64,000 bases of DNA from Ensifer sp. (GTDB taxonomy: Bacteria > Pseudomonadota > Alphaproteobacteria > Rhizobiales > Rhizobiaceae). Shown here one piece after another: positions 48,215-57,712 of this stretch; position 1 is the stretch's first letter; the number at the start of each line of letters is the position of its first letter. Location: contig NZ_DASYGZ010000100.1 in the NCBI RefSeq assembly GCF_035999135.1, positions 4,883 through 68,882 of the forward strand, read 5' to 3'. Below the pieces are notes generated by a model. The model had not been told where the DNA came from, searched no databases, and worked only from the letters and a program-made list of their open reading frames with translations. The position numbers and the translations under genes are program-made.

Positions 48215-49324
48215 TCAGGCGGCGAGGCAGCCACGCAGGACGTCGACAACGCGGCCGATCTCCTCGGCCGTCATGTCGTGATAGCTCGGCAGATTGATCG
48301 CCCGGCCGGGAAGGTCGTAGGCCGTGGTGTTGGCCGGCACGCCTTCAAATGGCGGCAGCGAACTCAACGGCCAGAAGAACACGCGCGCGTCAATGTTTTC
48401 GGCAGCAAATGCGTCCTGGAGTTTTTCCCGGGTTACGCCGGTTTCCGGCGCGAAGACGACGGTGGGCATCCAGAAGCCGTTCTGCGTTCCTTCCGGCTCC
48501 GGGTTCATCGCAACCGCGTTCACGCCGGCAAGGAGGTCCCGGTAGGCGTAGAAGATGGCGCGCTTGCGTTCGACCAGTTCGCCGACCCGCTCGATCTGGG
48601 CGAGACCAACGGCCGCCTGCAGGTTCGACATCTTGTACTTGAAGCCGATTTCGTCCGGCCAGAACTGCTTTTTCTGCCCGCGGGCGCGGCCGTGATTGGA
48701 GAGCGTCAGCACCTTTTCGTGGAGCTTGGCGTCACTGGTCACGAACATGCCGCCTTCGCCTGTCGTCACCGTCTTGGTGCCATGGAAGGAGAAGGCGCCG
48801 AAAGCGCCGAGCGAGCCTGCCTTGCGTCCACGCCATTCCGATCCGAGCGCTTCGGCCGCATCCTCGACAACCGGAATGCCGTGTCGCGCGCCGATGTCCA
48901 GCAGCCGGTCCATGTCGCAAAGGTTGCCGTAGATATGGACGGCGATGATCGCCTTGGTTCGTGGCGTGATTGCCGCTTCGGCCCTTTCCGGATCGATGCA
49001 CCAGCTGTCTGAAAGCACGTCGACGAAGACAGGCTTTGCCCCGAGATGAACGATCGGGGCGGCAGACGCCGTCCAGTTGGTGTCGGCAAGGATCACTTCG
49101 TCGCCGGGGCCGACGCCGAGTGCGGCAAGGCCCATATGCAGTGCGCCAGTGCAGCTCGACGTCGAGATCGCGTGCGCGGCGCCGAGATGGGTCGCAAACG
49201 CGGCTTCGAACCGATTGATGTAGTCGTAGCAGCGCTCGCCCCAGCCGTTGGCCGCCGCGTCCGTTGCATAGGCCACCTCGCGGTCGGTGATCGAGGGCTT
49301 GGTGTAGAGAATGCGCGGTTTCAT
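48215..49324 (-). CDS. DegT/DnrJ/StrS PLP sugar aminotransferase (perosamine-synthase-like)
   Basis: SSCTGALH, VEDAAEA, SFHGTKTVTTGEGG, GFKYKM. Confidence 0.92.
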   Translation of the reverse strand: MKPRILYTKPSITDREVAYATDAAANGWGERCYDYINRFEAAFATHLGAAHAISTSSCTGALHMGLAALGVGPGDEVILADTNWTASAAPIVHLGAKPVFVDVLSDSWCIDPERAEAAITPRTKAIIAVHIYGNLCDMDRLLDIGARHGIPVVEDAAEALGSEWRGRKAGSLGAFGAFSFHGTKTVTTGEGGMFVTSDAKLHEKVLTLSNHGRARGQKKQFWPDEIGFKYKMSNLQAAVGLAQIERVGELVERKRAIFYAYRDLLAGVNAVAMNPEPEGTQNGFWMPTVVFAPETGVTREKLQDAFAAENIDARVFFWPLSSLPPFEGVPANTTAYDLPGRAINLPSYHDMTAEEIGRVVDVLRGCLAA

Positions 49325-49361
49325 GCGGTAGCCAATCGATTGAGGCGAGGATGGTGCTTCG

Positions 49362-50513
49362 TCAAAGCCAGACGTGGTCGAGCCCAGTTCGCTGCAGCCA
49401 GGGCTGGGCGGCGATCGCGTCGCGGGCCTTCAGCGGATTGAGGCCGATGAACAGCGCTTCGGCTCCCTCGGGCAGGTCCTCCGGGGGGAGGACCGGAATG
49501 CCGAAATGGGTGGTGCCGCGCAGGTTTTCGTTGCGATCGAGGAAGGCCACGACATCGACGTCCTGACCGATCCGGCAGTAGATCCAGCTTCCGTAGAATC
49601 CGGCGCCATAGATCGCGACTTTGCGCCGGGCGTAGCGTTCAACTCCGCCCTCAAGCGCTTCGGATGCGCGCTCCCAGAAGGCGCAGATCTCGCGTGCCTC
49701 GGTCGCGGCTTCGTCGGCCGATTTTGAGGTGCGGGCGGTTTCAACGGCCGTATCGGCGCGCCTTGCCACAACGAAGAAGGCGCCGGGGAACGAGGTCTTG
49801 TCGATCGTCGTCAATTCGAACCCGGCGCTTGCAAGGGCATGCGCAAGCGAGGCTTCGCTGAAGTGATTGAGGTGATCGGCGACCGCCATGTCACCCGGAT
49901 TTCCAGCGACGTCCGGCATCGAAAACAGGACGCTGCCGCCAGCGCGAAGCAGTGCGTGCACGTCGCGCAGAAAGCCGACCGGATCGGCCACGTGCTCGAT
50001 GACGAAATGGCTCATCACCGCATCGAACGTTCCCTTCCAGGCCTCCGGCACCGCGTAGGTCGCTTGCGCCGCTTCCGGCACCCAGCCCTGCCAGGCGGGG
50101 GCATAGTCCGAACTCACCTCGAAGACGGAAGGGCGCAGGTCGCCCCGGGCAAGAACCATCTTGCGCAAGGTGTCCGCCTTGGCCGCGCCGAAGTCGAGGA
50201 TCGAGGCACCTTCCGGCAGATCCAGCAGTCGCAGCGACAGGGCGGCCTGATGGTCGGTCCGGTAGATGATCGTGCCGTCAGCTGCGACCGCGAAGATCTG
50301 GTCGTGGTTGTCGCTGCTCAGCGATATCCGGTACTCCGTGTCATAGAAGGCCTGAATATCCGGAATTTCGTCGCTTTGCGAATGTCCGCAGTCGCCGCAC
50401 ACGAACACGCGGGTCGGCACGTCGAGCAGTGTCGTGCCCGAGGTCAGGGCCGGCGCCGGCGCTTCGTAGGACGGGGCGCCGATGTGGCTGCCACAAACTC
50501 GGCATGCGGTCAT
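49362..50513 (-). CDS. Class I SAM methyltransferase with Zn knuckle
   Basis: CRVCG...CGDCG, LDFGAAKA, IEHVADP, AIYGAG. Confidence 0.8.
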   Translation of the reverse strand: MTACRVCGSHIGAPSYEAPAPALTSGTTLLDVPTRVFVCGDCGHSQSDEIPDIQAFYDTEYRISLSSDNHDQIFAVAADGTIIYRTDHQAALSLRLLDLPEGASILDFGAAKADTLRKMVLARGDLRPSVFEVSSDYAPAWQGWVPEAAQATYAVPEAWKGTFDAVMSHFVIEHVADPVGFLRDVHALLRAGGSVLFSMPDVAGNPGDMAVADHLNHFSEASLAHALASAGFELTTIDKTSFPGAFFVVARRADTAVETARTSKSADEAATEAREICAFWERASEALEGGVERYARRKVAIYGAGFYGSWIYCRIGQDVDVVAFLDRNENLRGTTHFGIPVLPPEDLPEGAEALFIGLNPLKARDAIAAQPWLQRTGLDHVWL

Positions 50514-51367
50514 GCAAGTTCTCCCTCAGGAGCGACCAGTTCCGGCAGCACTTCGGCGAAGTTGACGCCGGCGGCGAACGAACCCTTCCAGCCGATGCGG
50601 ATACCGACCGGATCGGCGTAGTTGAAGTAGCGGAACTGGATGCTCCAGCGCGGCGTCTGCGACACGTTGTGGCCGGACTGGTGCAGCGTCAGGAAGTCCA
50701 TCAGGATCAGGTCGCCGGGATTGCTGAGCGGGGCGACATGCTTGTAGCGCGCCAGGCGTTCCTCGCCCTTGTGCAGATACAGCGAATAGGCGCCGGTCTT
50801 GCCAAGGTCCGCTCCGTCCTCATAGACCGGAACGAAGCCCTCGGCGTGGGAGCCCTCGGCAATCTGGACAGGACCCATGTCGGCCAAGACAGGCAGCAGC
50901 GGCGTCCAGAAGACGACGCCATCGGCGCTGCGCAGCTGCGCCGGAAACTCCTGGTGCCATTGCGAACGGAACTTTTCTTCACCCGGATTGTCGATGCGGA
51001 TGCCGTAGCCGCCGGCGGCGATGCCGGGCGCACTGCCCGGGCGAAGCGCCTTGAAGACCTCGTCGTTGGCGGCGGCACTGACAAGCCGCATGAAGGCCGG
51101 GATCTGCTTGACCGCATCATAGACCTCGCCACCCCAGGAGCGGTTGACGGCGATCAGCTTGCGATAGGCAATGGTCATGGCTTCATGCGCGGTTCCGGTC
51201 GGCGCTTCGACGCCGTACTTCTTGCAGAGCAATTCGAGGATCTGGCGGATGCCTTCCTGGATTGGTGCGATCTGTGCCTGAACGTCGTAGAAGCCGGGGA
51301 CCACATGGTAGCCCTTGGTTTCGAATTCCTGGCGCGCGCTCTCGGAAATGATGGTGCCGTTGTTCAT
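50510..51367 (-). CDS. PhyH-family Fe(II)/2-oxoglutarate dioxygenase
   Basis: WHQE, VFWTPL, LHQSGHN, RWS. Confidence 0.85.
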   Translation of the reverse strand: MNNGTIISESARQEFETKGYHVVPGFYDVQAQIAPIQEGIRQILELLCKKYGVEAPTGTAHEAMTIAYRKLIAVNRSWGGEVYDAVKQIPAFMRLVSAAANDEVFKALRPGSAPGIAAGGYGIRIDNPGEEKFRSQWHQEFPAQLRSADGVVFWTPLLPVLADMGPVQIAEGSHAEGFVPVYEDGADLGKTGAYSLYLHKGEERLARYKHVAPLSNPGDLILMDFLTLHQSGHNVSQTPRWSIQFRYFNYADPVGIRIGWKGSFAAGVNFAEVLPELVAPEGELA

Positions 51368-51505
51368 GATACGCCTGTTTCCTCCTTCAGGAATTCCTGC
51401 CGTGAGACGGTCGTCGGTAACAAAATGCCGGCGCGCATCAGGCTCGGTGCGCGCGGTCAGGTCCAGGATGAAAATCTAATGGGCGAAGCTTTCCCCAGGC
51501 TGTGG

Positions 51506-52216
51506 CTATCCCTTGGGAATGGCGGCGTCGGCGACAACGATCCTGTCGATCCGGCCGCCGATCTGCGCGCCGGCATAGAGGTTCTCATAGTAGCGGGCAG
51601 GGAAACCCGCCTCACGCATGTGGAACGCCGTCCGATCGATGTCGTATTCGACGCGATGCAGTTCGATGTCGCCCGCCGGCGACATGAGCGCGAAGGCTGC
51701 GCGCGGATCACCGTCGCGTGGCTGCCCGACCGAGCCGGGATTGCAGAACGTCTTGCCACCGATGTCGAGACGCACCTGCACATGGGTATGGCCGGCAAAA
51801 AGCCGCGCGGCGCCTTCAGGGAAATGCACTTCCGAGACCTGGTAGAGATACTCGTCGACTGGATCCTGCCAGCTCCCATGGACAAAAAAGGTCGATCCGT
51901 CGACCAGGCGGGATCGCGACCCGGCAAGCCAGGCGTGCTGTTCCGCCGAGATGATGCCCCGCTGATATTCGATGATGTCGTTGACCATCTTCGAGCGCGG
52001 GCAGCCTTCGCCGCTCACAATATAATGGTCGTGATTGCCCATGATGTTGACGATGCCGCGGGCCTTCAGGCGGTCGATGCAGTCGCCCGGTTGGGCGTAG
52101 TAACCGACGACGTCGCCGAGCGACAGGATCGTGCTGCAGCCGAGTGCATCGATGCGGGCAAGCACGGCCTCAAGCGCGGGGAGATTGCCGTGGATGTCGG
52201 AAATGACCGCGATCAT
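51506..52216 (-). CDS. Calcineurin-like metallophosphoesterase
   Basis: SDIHGN, GDVVGY, GNHD, HG, GHTH, NPGSVGQPRD. Confidence 0.9.
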   Translation of the reverse strand: MIAVISDIHGNLPALEAVLARIDALGCSTILSLGDVVGYYAQPGDCIDRLKARGIVNIMGNHDHYIVSGEGCPRSKMVNDIIEYQRGIISAEQHAWLAGSRSRLVDGSTFFVHGSWQDPVDEYLYQVSEVHFPEGAARLFAGHTHVQVRLDIGGKTFCNPGSVGQPRDGDPRAAFALMSPAGDIELHRVEYDIDRTAFHMREAGFPARYYENLYAGAQIGGRIDRIVVADAAIPKG

Positions 52217-53211
52217 TGGACGACCAGATCCTCGGCGTAGCGCCAGGCCCGTCCGGGTCTGATGTCGGGTTCTTCCGGCCTTTTGCCGTAGAGGTAGTAG
52301 TCGAGCGCCATTTCCGCCTCGTTGTAGCCGAAGGCTGCGCGCAGCGACGTGCTGCTCGAGAAACGCGGGTTGATCTCCAGCAGATAGGCTGTCGTACCGT
52401 CCAACCGGAACTGATAGTTCGTCGGTCCGAGCGGCTTGAAGTGTCGCGCGAGGCGTTGCACGGCCTCGACCACGACAGGTGCGTCGACCACCTCTGCGTA
52501 CTGGGTATTGCCGGCAACCGACAGCTTGCGCTTGAAGACGATGGGCGAAAGCGTGGTGCCATCGCCGAAGCCGAAGGCTCCAACGGTGTATTCCTGGTCG
52601 TTGCTGCCGACATATTTCTGGATGACGAAGTCATCGTCGCTCTTCTTCGTCCAGTAGTCGAAGTCGGCGACATCGCGCAAAAGCGCAATACCGCGCGAAC
52701 CGTTGCCGCGGCGCGGTTTGAGCAACAGGGGCAGGGGACCGAGTTCGCGCGTGCAGGCGTCAAGCGAGCGGCTGAGCGTGCTCGGGATGGCGGGAAAGCC
52801 TGCGTCGAGAAGTGCCTCGCCCATGTCCCATTTGTCCTGCCCGACGTCGATCAGCGACGGCGTGTTCAGGGCAATGCGCGCCTCGGTCTGTGCAAATTTC
52901 GCTCGGTTCTCGTGGAAGAAGGTCACGTCCAGCTCGAGGCCGGGCAGCACCAGCGCGACATTCTCTCGCTCTATCAGCGCGAGCCAGAAGTCGAGGTAGT
53001 CTCGCGAACTCTCGTCGCAGGCAGGCTTTGTGACAAAGTGGTCGCAGAAGTAGCGGCCGATGCCATTGGCGTCACGGTCGACGCCGATGATCCTGACCGG
53101 CGTTTTTGACTTGCGCAGCGACGCCACGATGCCCTGGCCAATGATTGCGCCAACCGCCGTCACCACGACCGTCACCTGCTGCGTCGATTGCTTCGTGTCG
53201 TCTTCAGTCAT
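52213..53211 (-). CDS. ATP-grasp protein (PylC/carbamoyl-phosphate-synthase-like)
   Basis: QDKW, KPRRGNGSRG, QKYVGSNDQEYTV, LEINPRFS. Confidence 0.88.
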   Translation of the reverse strand: MTEDDTKQSTQQVTVVVTAVGAIIGQGIVASLRKSKTPVRIIGVDRDANGIGRYFCDHFVTKPACDESSRDYLDFWLALIERENVALVLPGLELDVTFFHENRAKFAQTEARIALNTPSLIDVGQDKWDMGEALLDAGFPAIPSTLSRSLDACTRELGPLPLLLKPRRGNGSRGIALLRDVADFDYWTKKSDDDFVIQKYVGSNDQEYTVGAFGFGDGTTLSPIVFKRKLSVAGNTQYAEVVDAPVVVEAVQRLARHFKPLGPTNYQFRLDGTTAYLLEINPRFSSSTSLRAAFGYNEAEMALDYYLYGKRPEEPDIRPGRAWRYAEDLVVQ

Positions 53212-54083
53212 TTGACGTCCATCGGGCCGAATGCATCGGCCGTCCCCATTGTCTTGATCATGGCAATCCCGTCCCTCATCGTGATGAGAGGCTGCATGCC
53301 CAGATGCGCGAGCGTGGTTGCTCCGTCCGGGAAATTGACCTTTCGAAACGGCGCCTTTTCCGTCGCGATCACCACCTGGCCGCCGCGCCCGAATGTCTCG
53401 TAGGCGAGGGCAGCGATAGCATCCGAGGTCATGGCCTCGGTATGCACGGCGTCCAGCACGCCCAAGGCACCGGTTTCGGCGGCCCGTATCATCAAGTCTG
53501 CCGCGTCCTGGACGTGCAGGAAGTTGCGCACGCCGTGTGAGGTCGGCATGCGCAGGTCCATGCCGCGCGAGGCATAGGCGATGATGCGGCCGAACCAGGG
53601 TTGATGGGCGCAGCAGCGCCCTTCAACGTCATAGAGCTGCGAGAAGCGGAGGCTGCAAAAGCCAAAGCCGTGTTTCTGCGCGCTCCACTCGAGGATTTTT
53701 TCTGCCAGCTGCTTGGACATTCCATAGGAGGTCAGCGGTGCTTCATCGAGTGTCGCGTCCGAGGATAGCGATCCGGCATGGATGAGGGTCCTCGCCCGCA
53801 GCCGCTGAGCGAGCTCGGCCACGTGAAGTGCGCCCATGGTGTTGGCCGCGAAATTCTGCCGGATGCCCGAAGGGCCATCGTCACCGAAGCTGGCGGCAAC
53901 ATGGAAGAGTGCGTCCACGGTCAGGCCATCGGGCACGATCGGCGCGCCCTCCACGAGGTCGAAGACGATGTCATCGGTCTGCGCCCTGCCGACGCTGACC
54001 GTCTCGACGCCGAGGCGCCGAAGACGCTCGACGAGCGCGTGTCCCAGCATCGAGCGCGGGCCGATGACGGCGGCTTTCTTCAT
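53208..54083 (-). CDS. Extended SDR NAD(P)-dependent epimerase/reductase
   Basis: Degenerate GPRSMLG, YGMSK, RNFLHVQD. Confidence 0.8.
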   Translation of the reverse strand: MKKAAVIGPRSMLGHALVERLRRLGVETVSVGRAQTDDIVFDLVEGAPIVPDGLTVDALFHVAASFGDDGPSGIRQNFAANTMGALHVAELAQRLRARTLIHAGSLSSDATLDEAPLTSYGMSKQLAEKILEWSAQKHGFGFCSLRFSQLYDVEGRCCAHQPWFGRIIAYASRGMDLRMPTSHGVRNFLHVQDAADLMIRAAETGALGVLDAVHTEAMTSDAIAALAYETFGRGGQVVIATEKAPFRKVNFPDGATTLAHLGMQPLITMRDGIAMIKTMGTADAFGPMDVK

Positions 54084-54096
54084 GCGGACCAGGCTT

Positions 54097-54870
54097 TCAC
54101 GCGGTGAACTCCCTCCAGTCGACCGTTCCGGAATGCACGAGCTTTGCGCCTTCGGCGCCGCAATTGGCGACGAGGTCCAAAGCGGTCACGTAAGGGGTGA
54201 ACGCGCCGTGCAGCTGCGGATAGGGCGTGCGCTCATAGTTCATGTAGCGGACCGCTATTCCGTTCTGCCCGAAGAGATCGTGATCGAGATAGTTCCGCGC
54301 GCCATGGCCGGTGATGTAAACCGTGCCTTCGAGATGCGCAGTGATGTCGTAGACCCGCTCGCTGCTCGCGCCGCCGATCACCAGGCGGTCCGACGAGACG
54401 AAGATCGGCCGGTTCAGGCCGAAATAGGCGGCGAGCGCCAGCATGGAATTGCGGGCGACATCGGCGACCGTCGCGGTGTCCCTGGCGAACACGTCGTCGA
54501 CCAGGGCGAGCATGTCCTTGACGTACGGCGCCTTGCCGTAGGCCTGGCGCAGGATATCGCGATGACGGCTTTTCCAGTCGGCCCGATCGTCGATCAGCAC
54601 TTCGTCGATCCGTTGCCCCAGGTGGAAGTCCTTCAGCGGAAGGGTCAGCCAGCGGATGCCGTTGTCAGTCTTGATCTGCACGCGGTTTGTAAAGCTGCCG
54701 CGGGAAAACTGAACATCGTCGTAGTGGACGAACACATCCGCGAGCTTGATCTGCTCCAGCATGCCAACCCATGGAAAGTACATGGATTGCGAGATGACAA
54801 TGTTGCGAGCCATCGGGTCGTCGCCTGGGGTCGGTGTTGTCACGTGTCGCGTGCTGGAAATGGGTGCCAA
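54097..54870 (-). CDS. WbqC-like protein
   Basis: QSMYFPWVG, YDDVQF, NRVQIKT, WLTLP; start 54870 (TTG) or 54813. Confidence 0.88.
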   Translation of the reverse strand: MAPISSTRHVTTPTPGDDPMARNIVISQSMYFPWVGMLEQIKLADVFVHYDDVQFSRGSFTNRVQIKTDNGIRWLTLPLKDFHLGQRIDEVLIDDRADWKSRHRDILRQAYGKAPYVKDMLALVDDVFARDTATVADVARNSMLALAAYFGLNRPIFVSSDRLVIGGASSERVYDITAHLEGTVYITGHGARNYLDHDLFGQNGIAVRYMNYERTPYPQLHGAFTPYVTALDLVANCGAEGAKLVHSGTVDWREFTA

Positions 54871-54888
54871 AGGTCCTTGCGCCCGGGC

Positions 54889-55641
54889 CTACTTCCGCAC
54901 GCAGCGCAGGTAGCCGCGCGGCGAGCTGGAGAGGACGAGCTTGCCGTTCAGCGCCTCGTCAATCTCGAAGCGCGTCTCCTCTTCCATGTAAGCCTTGAGC
55001 GCTGCATAGGGCTCGTCGCCGGCATGCCAGATCTTGGAGCGCTTAGTCGGCGTCTGCGTGTCGTCGCCGAAGCCGAGCAGCGTATCGGCGACAACCATGT
55101 ATTGCCCCTCGGTCACCAGCGGGCCGTAGGTGCGCAATTCGTCGAGCACGTGGTCGCGGCTGTGGTCGCTGTCGAGCACCACCATGACCGAGGCGCCCTC
55201 GGGGATCTCGGCCTTGACCTTGGCGAGCGTTTCCGCCGTCGTCGAAGGACCTTCGATCAGCGTGATGCGCGACGACATCGGGTGTTTTTCGATCGAATCG
55301 CGGTTGTGGGCGCGGATGTCGATGTCGACGCCGATGACCTTGCCCTTGCCGATGAGCTGCAGCATCGCCGCCATGAAGATCACCGAGCCGCCGCGGGCAA
55401 CGCCCGTCTCGATGATGATGTCAGGCTTGGTGTTCCAGATGACTTCCTGGGTCGCCATGACGTCAGCGGGCATCTGGATGATCGGCACGCCCATGAAGGA
55501 CCAGAGGTAGGAGTAGTCGTACTTGTCGAGCGTGACCAGGGTGTCGAGCGACTGCTGGAAGGCGTCCCTGTCCTTGCCAAGCGCAAGGGCCATCTCCGTC
55601 TTGTGGGCTTCGAATGCGAGACGATCGTCAACTACTGTCAT
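54889..55641 (-). CDS. CmcI (cephalosporin hydroxylase)/rhamnosyl O-methyltransferase family protein
   Basis: QMPADV, KPDIIIETGVARGGS, LDSDH, YMVVADT. Confidence 0.88.
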   Translation of the reverse strand: MTVVDDRLAFEAHKTEMALALGKDRDAFQQSLDTLVTLDKYDYSYLWSFMGVPIIQMPADVMATQEVIWNTKPDIIIETGVARGGSVIFMAAMLQLIGKGKVIGVDIDIRAHNRDSIEKHPMSSRITLIEGPSTTAETLAKVKAEIPEGASVMVVLDSDHSRDHVLDELRTYGPLVTEGQYMVVADTLLGFGDDTQTPTKRSKIWHAGDEPYAALKAYMEEETRFEIDEALNGKLVLSSSPRGYLRCVRK

Positions 55642-55830
55642 TGCTGCCTGACACCCTTTAGTGAATGCAATCTACGGATGCGCCTCTGGTCGCGAATCGC
55701 GATCAATGGCGTTTCAGCGATTCGTAACGTTTTCCTGTGAACGCTTTCATGTCGGCAATTGCAAATACGGTCAAGGCCGGTTTCTTAAGGGCGAAAAGAC
55801 GGGTAGATCTGGGCCCTGGCGGAAGGTTGC

Positions 55831-56376
55831 ATGTCGCGATTCGAACTGATTTCTACACCTATAGCGGGTCTCACGGTTGTCGAACGTCAACGCAGGGGCG
55901 ACGACCGCGGATTTTTCTCGCGCTTCTTCTGCCGCGATGCGCTGGCCGACTTTGGGACAGGTGGCACGATCGCCCAGATCAACCATACGCTGACGCAAGC
56001 CGCAGGCACGATCCGCGGCCTGCATTTCCAGCGCCCGCCGCACGACGAGGCGAAGTTCGTCTCGTGCCTTTCGGGCGCCGTCTTCGACGTGGCTGTCGAC
56101 TTGAGGCCCGGGTCCCCGACCTATCTGCACTGGCACGGCGAGGTCTTGAGCGCTCACAACGGCCGCTCGATGATGATCCCCGGCGGTTTCGCGCACGGGT
56201 TCCAGACGCTTGAAGACGATTGCGAACTGATCTACCTGCACGACAAGCCCTATGCGCCCGATGCCGAAGGCGGGCTCAACCCGCTCGATCCGGGGCTCGC
56301 CATTGCCTGGCCGCTGCCGATCGCGCAGATGTCCGAGCGCGACCAGGCCCTGCCGGTTCTGACCGCCGCGGGCTGA
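55831..56376 (+). CDS. rfbC: NDP-4-keto-6-deoxyhexose 3,5-epimerase (RmlC/RfbC family)
   Basis: DDRGFFSR, RGLHFQ, VDLRPGSPTY, AHGFQTL. Confidence 0.92.
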   Translation: MSRFELISTPIAGLTVVERQRRGDDRGFFSRFFCRDALADFGTGGTIAQINHTLTQAAGTIRGLHFQRPPHDEAKFVSCLSGAVFDVAVDLRPGSPTYLHWHGEVLSAHNGRSMMIPGGFAHGFQTLEDDCELIYLHDKPYAPDAEGGLNPLDPGLAIAWPLPIAQMSERDQALPVLTAAG

Positions 56377-56460
56377 CGGTCTTCCCCTGCGTCGTTGACT
56401 TCACGGAGGATGGGAGGAGAATGAGATCTCCGCGCCACCACGACAGAAGGGGTGTCGACG

Positions 56461-56931
56461 ATGACGATCGCTAGAAAACTTCAGGACTACATCGACGGTG
56501 CGGGGGTCGCCTACGACACCGTTGACCATCACCGCACGGCCACCACCAGCCAGACGGCGCGGGCGGCGCATGTGCCCGGCAGCCGGCTTGCCAAGTCCGT
56601 CGTCGTCCACCACGAGATGGGCTACGTGCTCGCGGTGGTGCCCAGCACCCATCGGGTCGAGCTTTCCACCCTGCAGGACGTGATGGACCGCCGCCTGGGT
56701 CTCGCCTCCGAGGAAGAAGTCTCAACGCTCTTTGCCGACTGCGATATCGGCGCGGTGCCGCCCGTCGGAACCGCCTATGACGTGCCGGTGCTGCTCGACG
56801 AAAGCCTCGGCGAGGTGAACGACGTCTATTTCGAAGGCGGCGACCACCGGACGCTGGTGCATATGAGCGGCGCGAATTTCCGCAACCTGATGAAGGATGC
56901 GCGGGTCGCTCGCTTCAGCCACCCGGCGTGA
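56461..56931 (+). CDS. YbaK/ProX aminoacyl-tRNA deacylase-family protein
   Basis: LAKSVV Lys, GAVPPVG, FEGGDH. Confidence 0.85.
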   Translation: MTIARKLQDYIDGAGVAYDTVDHHRTATTSQTARAAHVPGSRLAKSVVVHHEMGYVLAVVPSTHRVELSTLQDVMDRRLGLASEEEVSTLFADCDIGAVPPVGTAYDVPVLLDESLGEVNDVYFEGGDHRTLVHMSGANFRNLMKDARVARFSHPA

Positions 56932-57073
56932 TCAGAGCCGATACCGCTTCAGCCGGGAAATGATTGCCAACCGAAGCGAGCACTGTTTTCGCGATCTCGC
57001 CGGGCGGACTTGTCAAAACGCGGGCTTGGCAGCACCATCGCAACCTTGGGTCAATCAGGTTTGGGGATCGACG

Positions 57074-57409
57074 ATGCGCATGAGCTCGACGAACATATCC
57101 ACATGCTTGGCAGCGGTGCTGGTCGTGGCCGGCGCGCAGGCTTTCGGGTCTGCCGCGCACGCCGAAGGCACCATCTTCGATCAGTTTCCGTTTGCTGTCG
57201 CCTGCGAATACAAGGGCACCCAGCATGCATTCTATCTGGCGAAAGTCGCGTCGGACGGGACCGCGACCTACATCGCCTCGGACAATTTCGCCGGAACGAT
57301 CACGTTGCATGGCGAAGCCAAGGCAGTCGGATCCGACGCCGGCGGAAGCTGCCTTGGAAAGACGCTCGCTGAGCTGAGAGCATCAGGCCAGGCGCGCGAT
57401 ATCAAGTAG
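57074..57409 (+). CDS. Small secreted hypothetical protein
   Basis: Signal peptide (AHA-E), two mature Cys. Confidence 0.65.
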   Translation: MRMSSTNISTCLAAVLVVAGAQAFGSAAHAEGTIFDQFPFAVACEYKGTQHAFYLAKVASDGTATYIASDNFAGTITLHGEAKAVGSDAGGSCLGKTLAELRASGQARDIK

Positions 57410-57712
57410 CTGGCCGGCCCGTCATGCGGGTGCGATCCCCGATCCGGTGCCTGAGGGTCGCGCGAAGAGAATAGCCAAACTATTGTCGGGACACCGCAAA
57501 ATGCCGCCGGATGGCCGGGCGGCGTGACGGTTGTAACCTGTGCTTGCCGGTGTCGCGACTAAGGCAAAGTCGTTCTGAAAACCGAAGTCTACGAAAGAAG
57601 CCTACTTTTCCTGCGGTCGACGAAAGAACTGCTGCTTTAGACTTTTCTGTTGTGGCAATCCAAAAATCTGATTTACTGCACCCCGCTGCTTGGCTTTCGG
57701 GGGATATTGCCG

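Noticed and set aside
50429-55740. 603-aa and 634-aa plus-strand ORFs in the sugar cluster
   Set aside because: Antisense to well-supported minus-strand enzymes; no recognisable motifs
55642-55830. Nod box, tts box or JUMPstart/ops in the cluster's divergent promoter
   Set aside because: No match to these consensus motifs was found by eye
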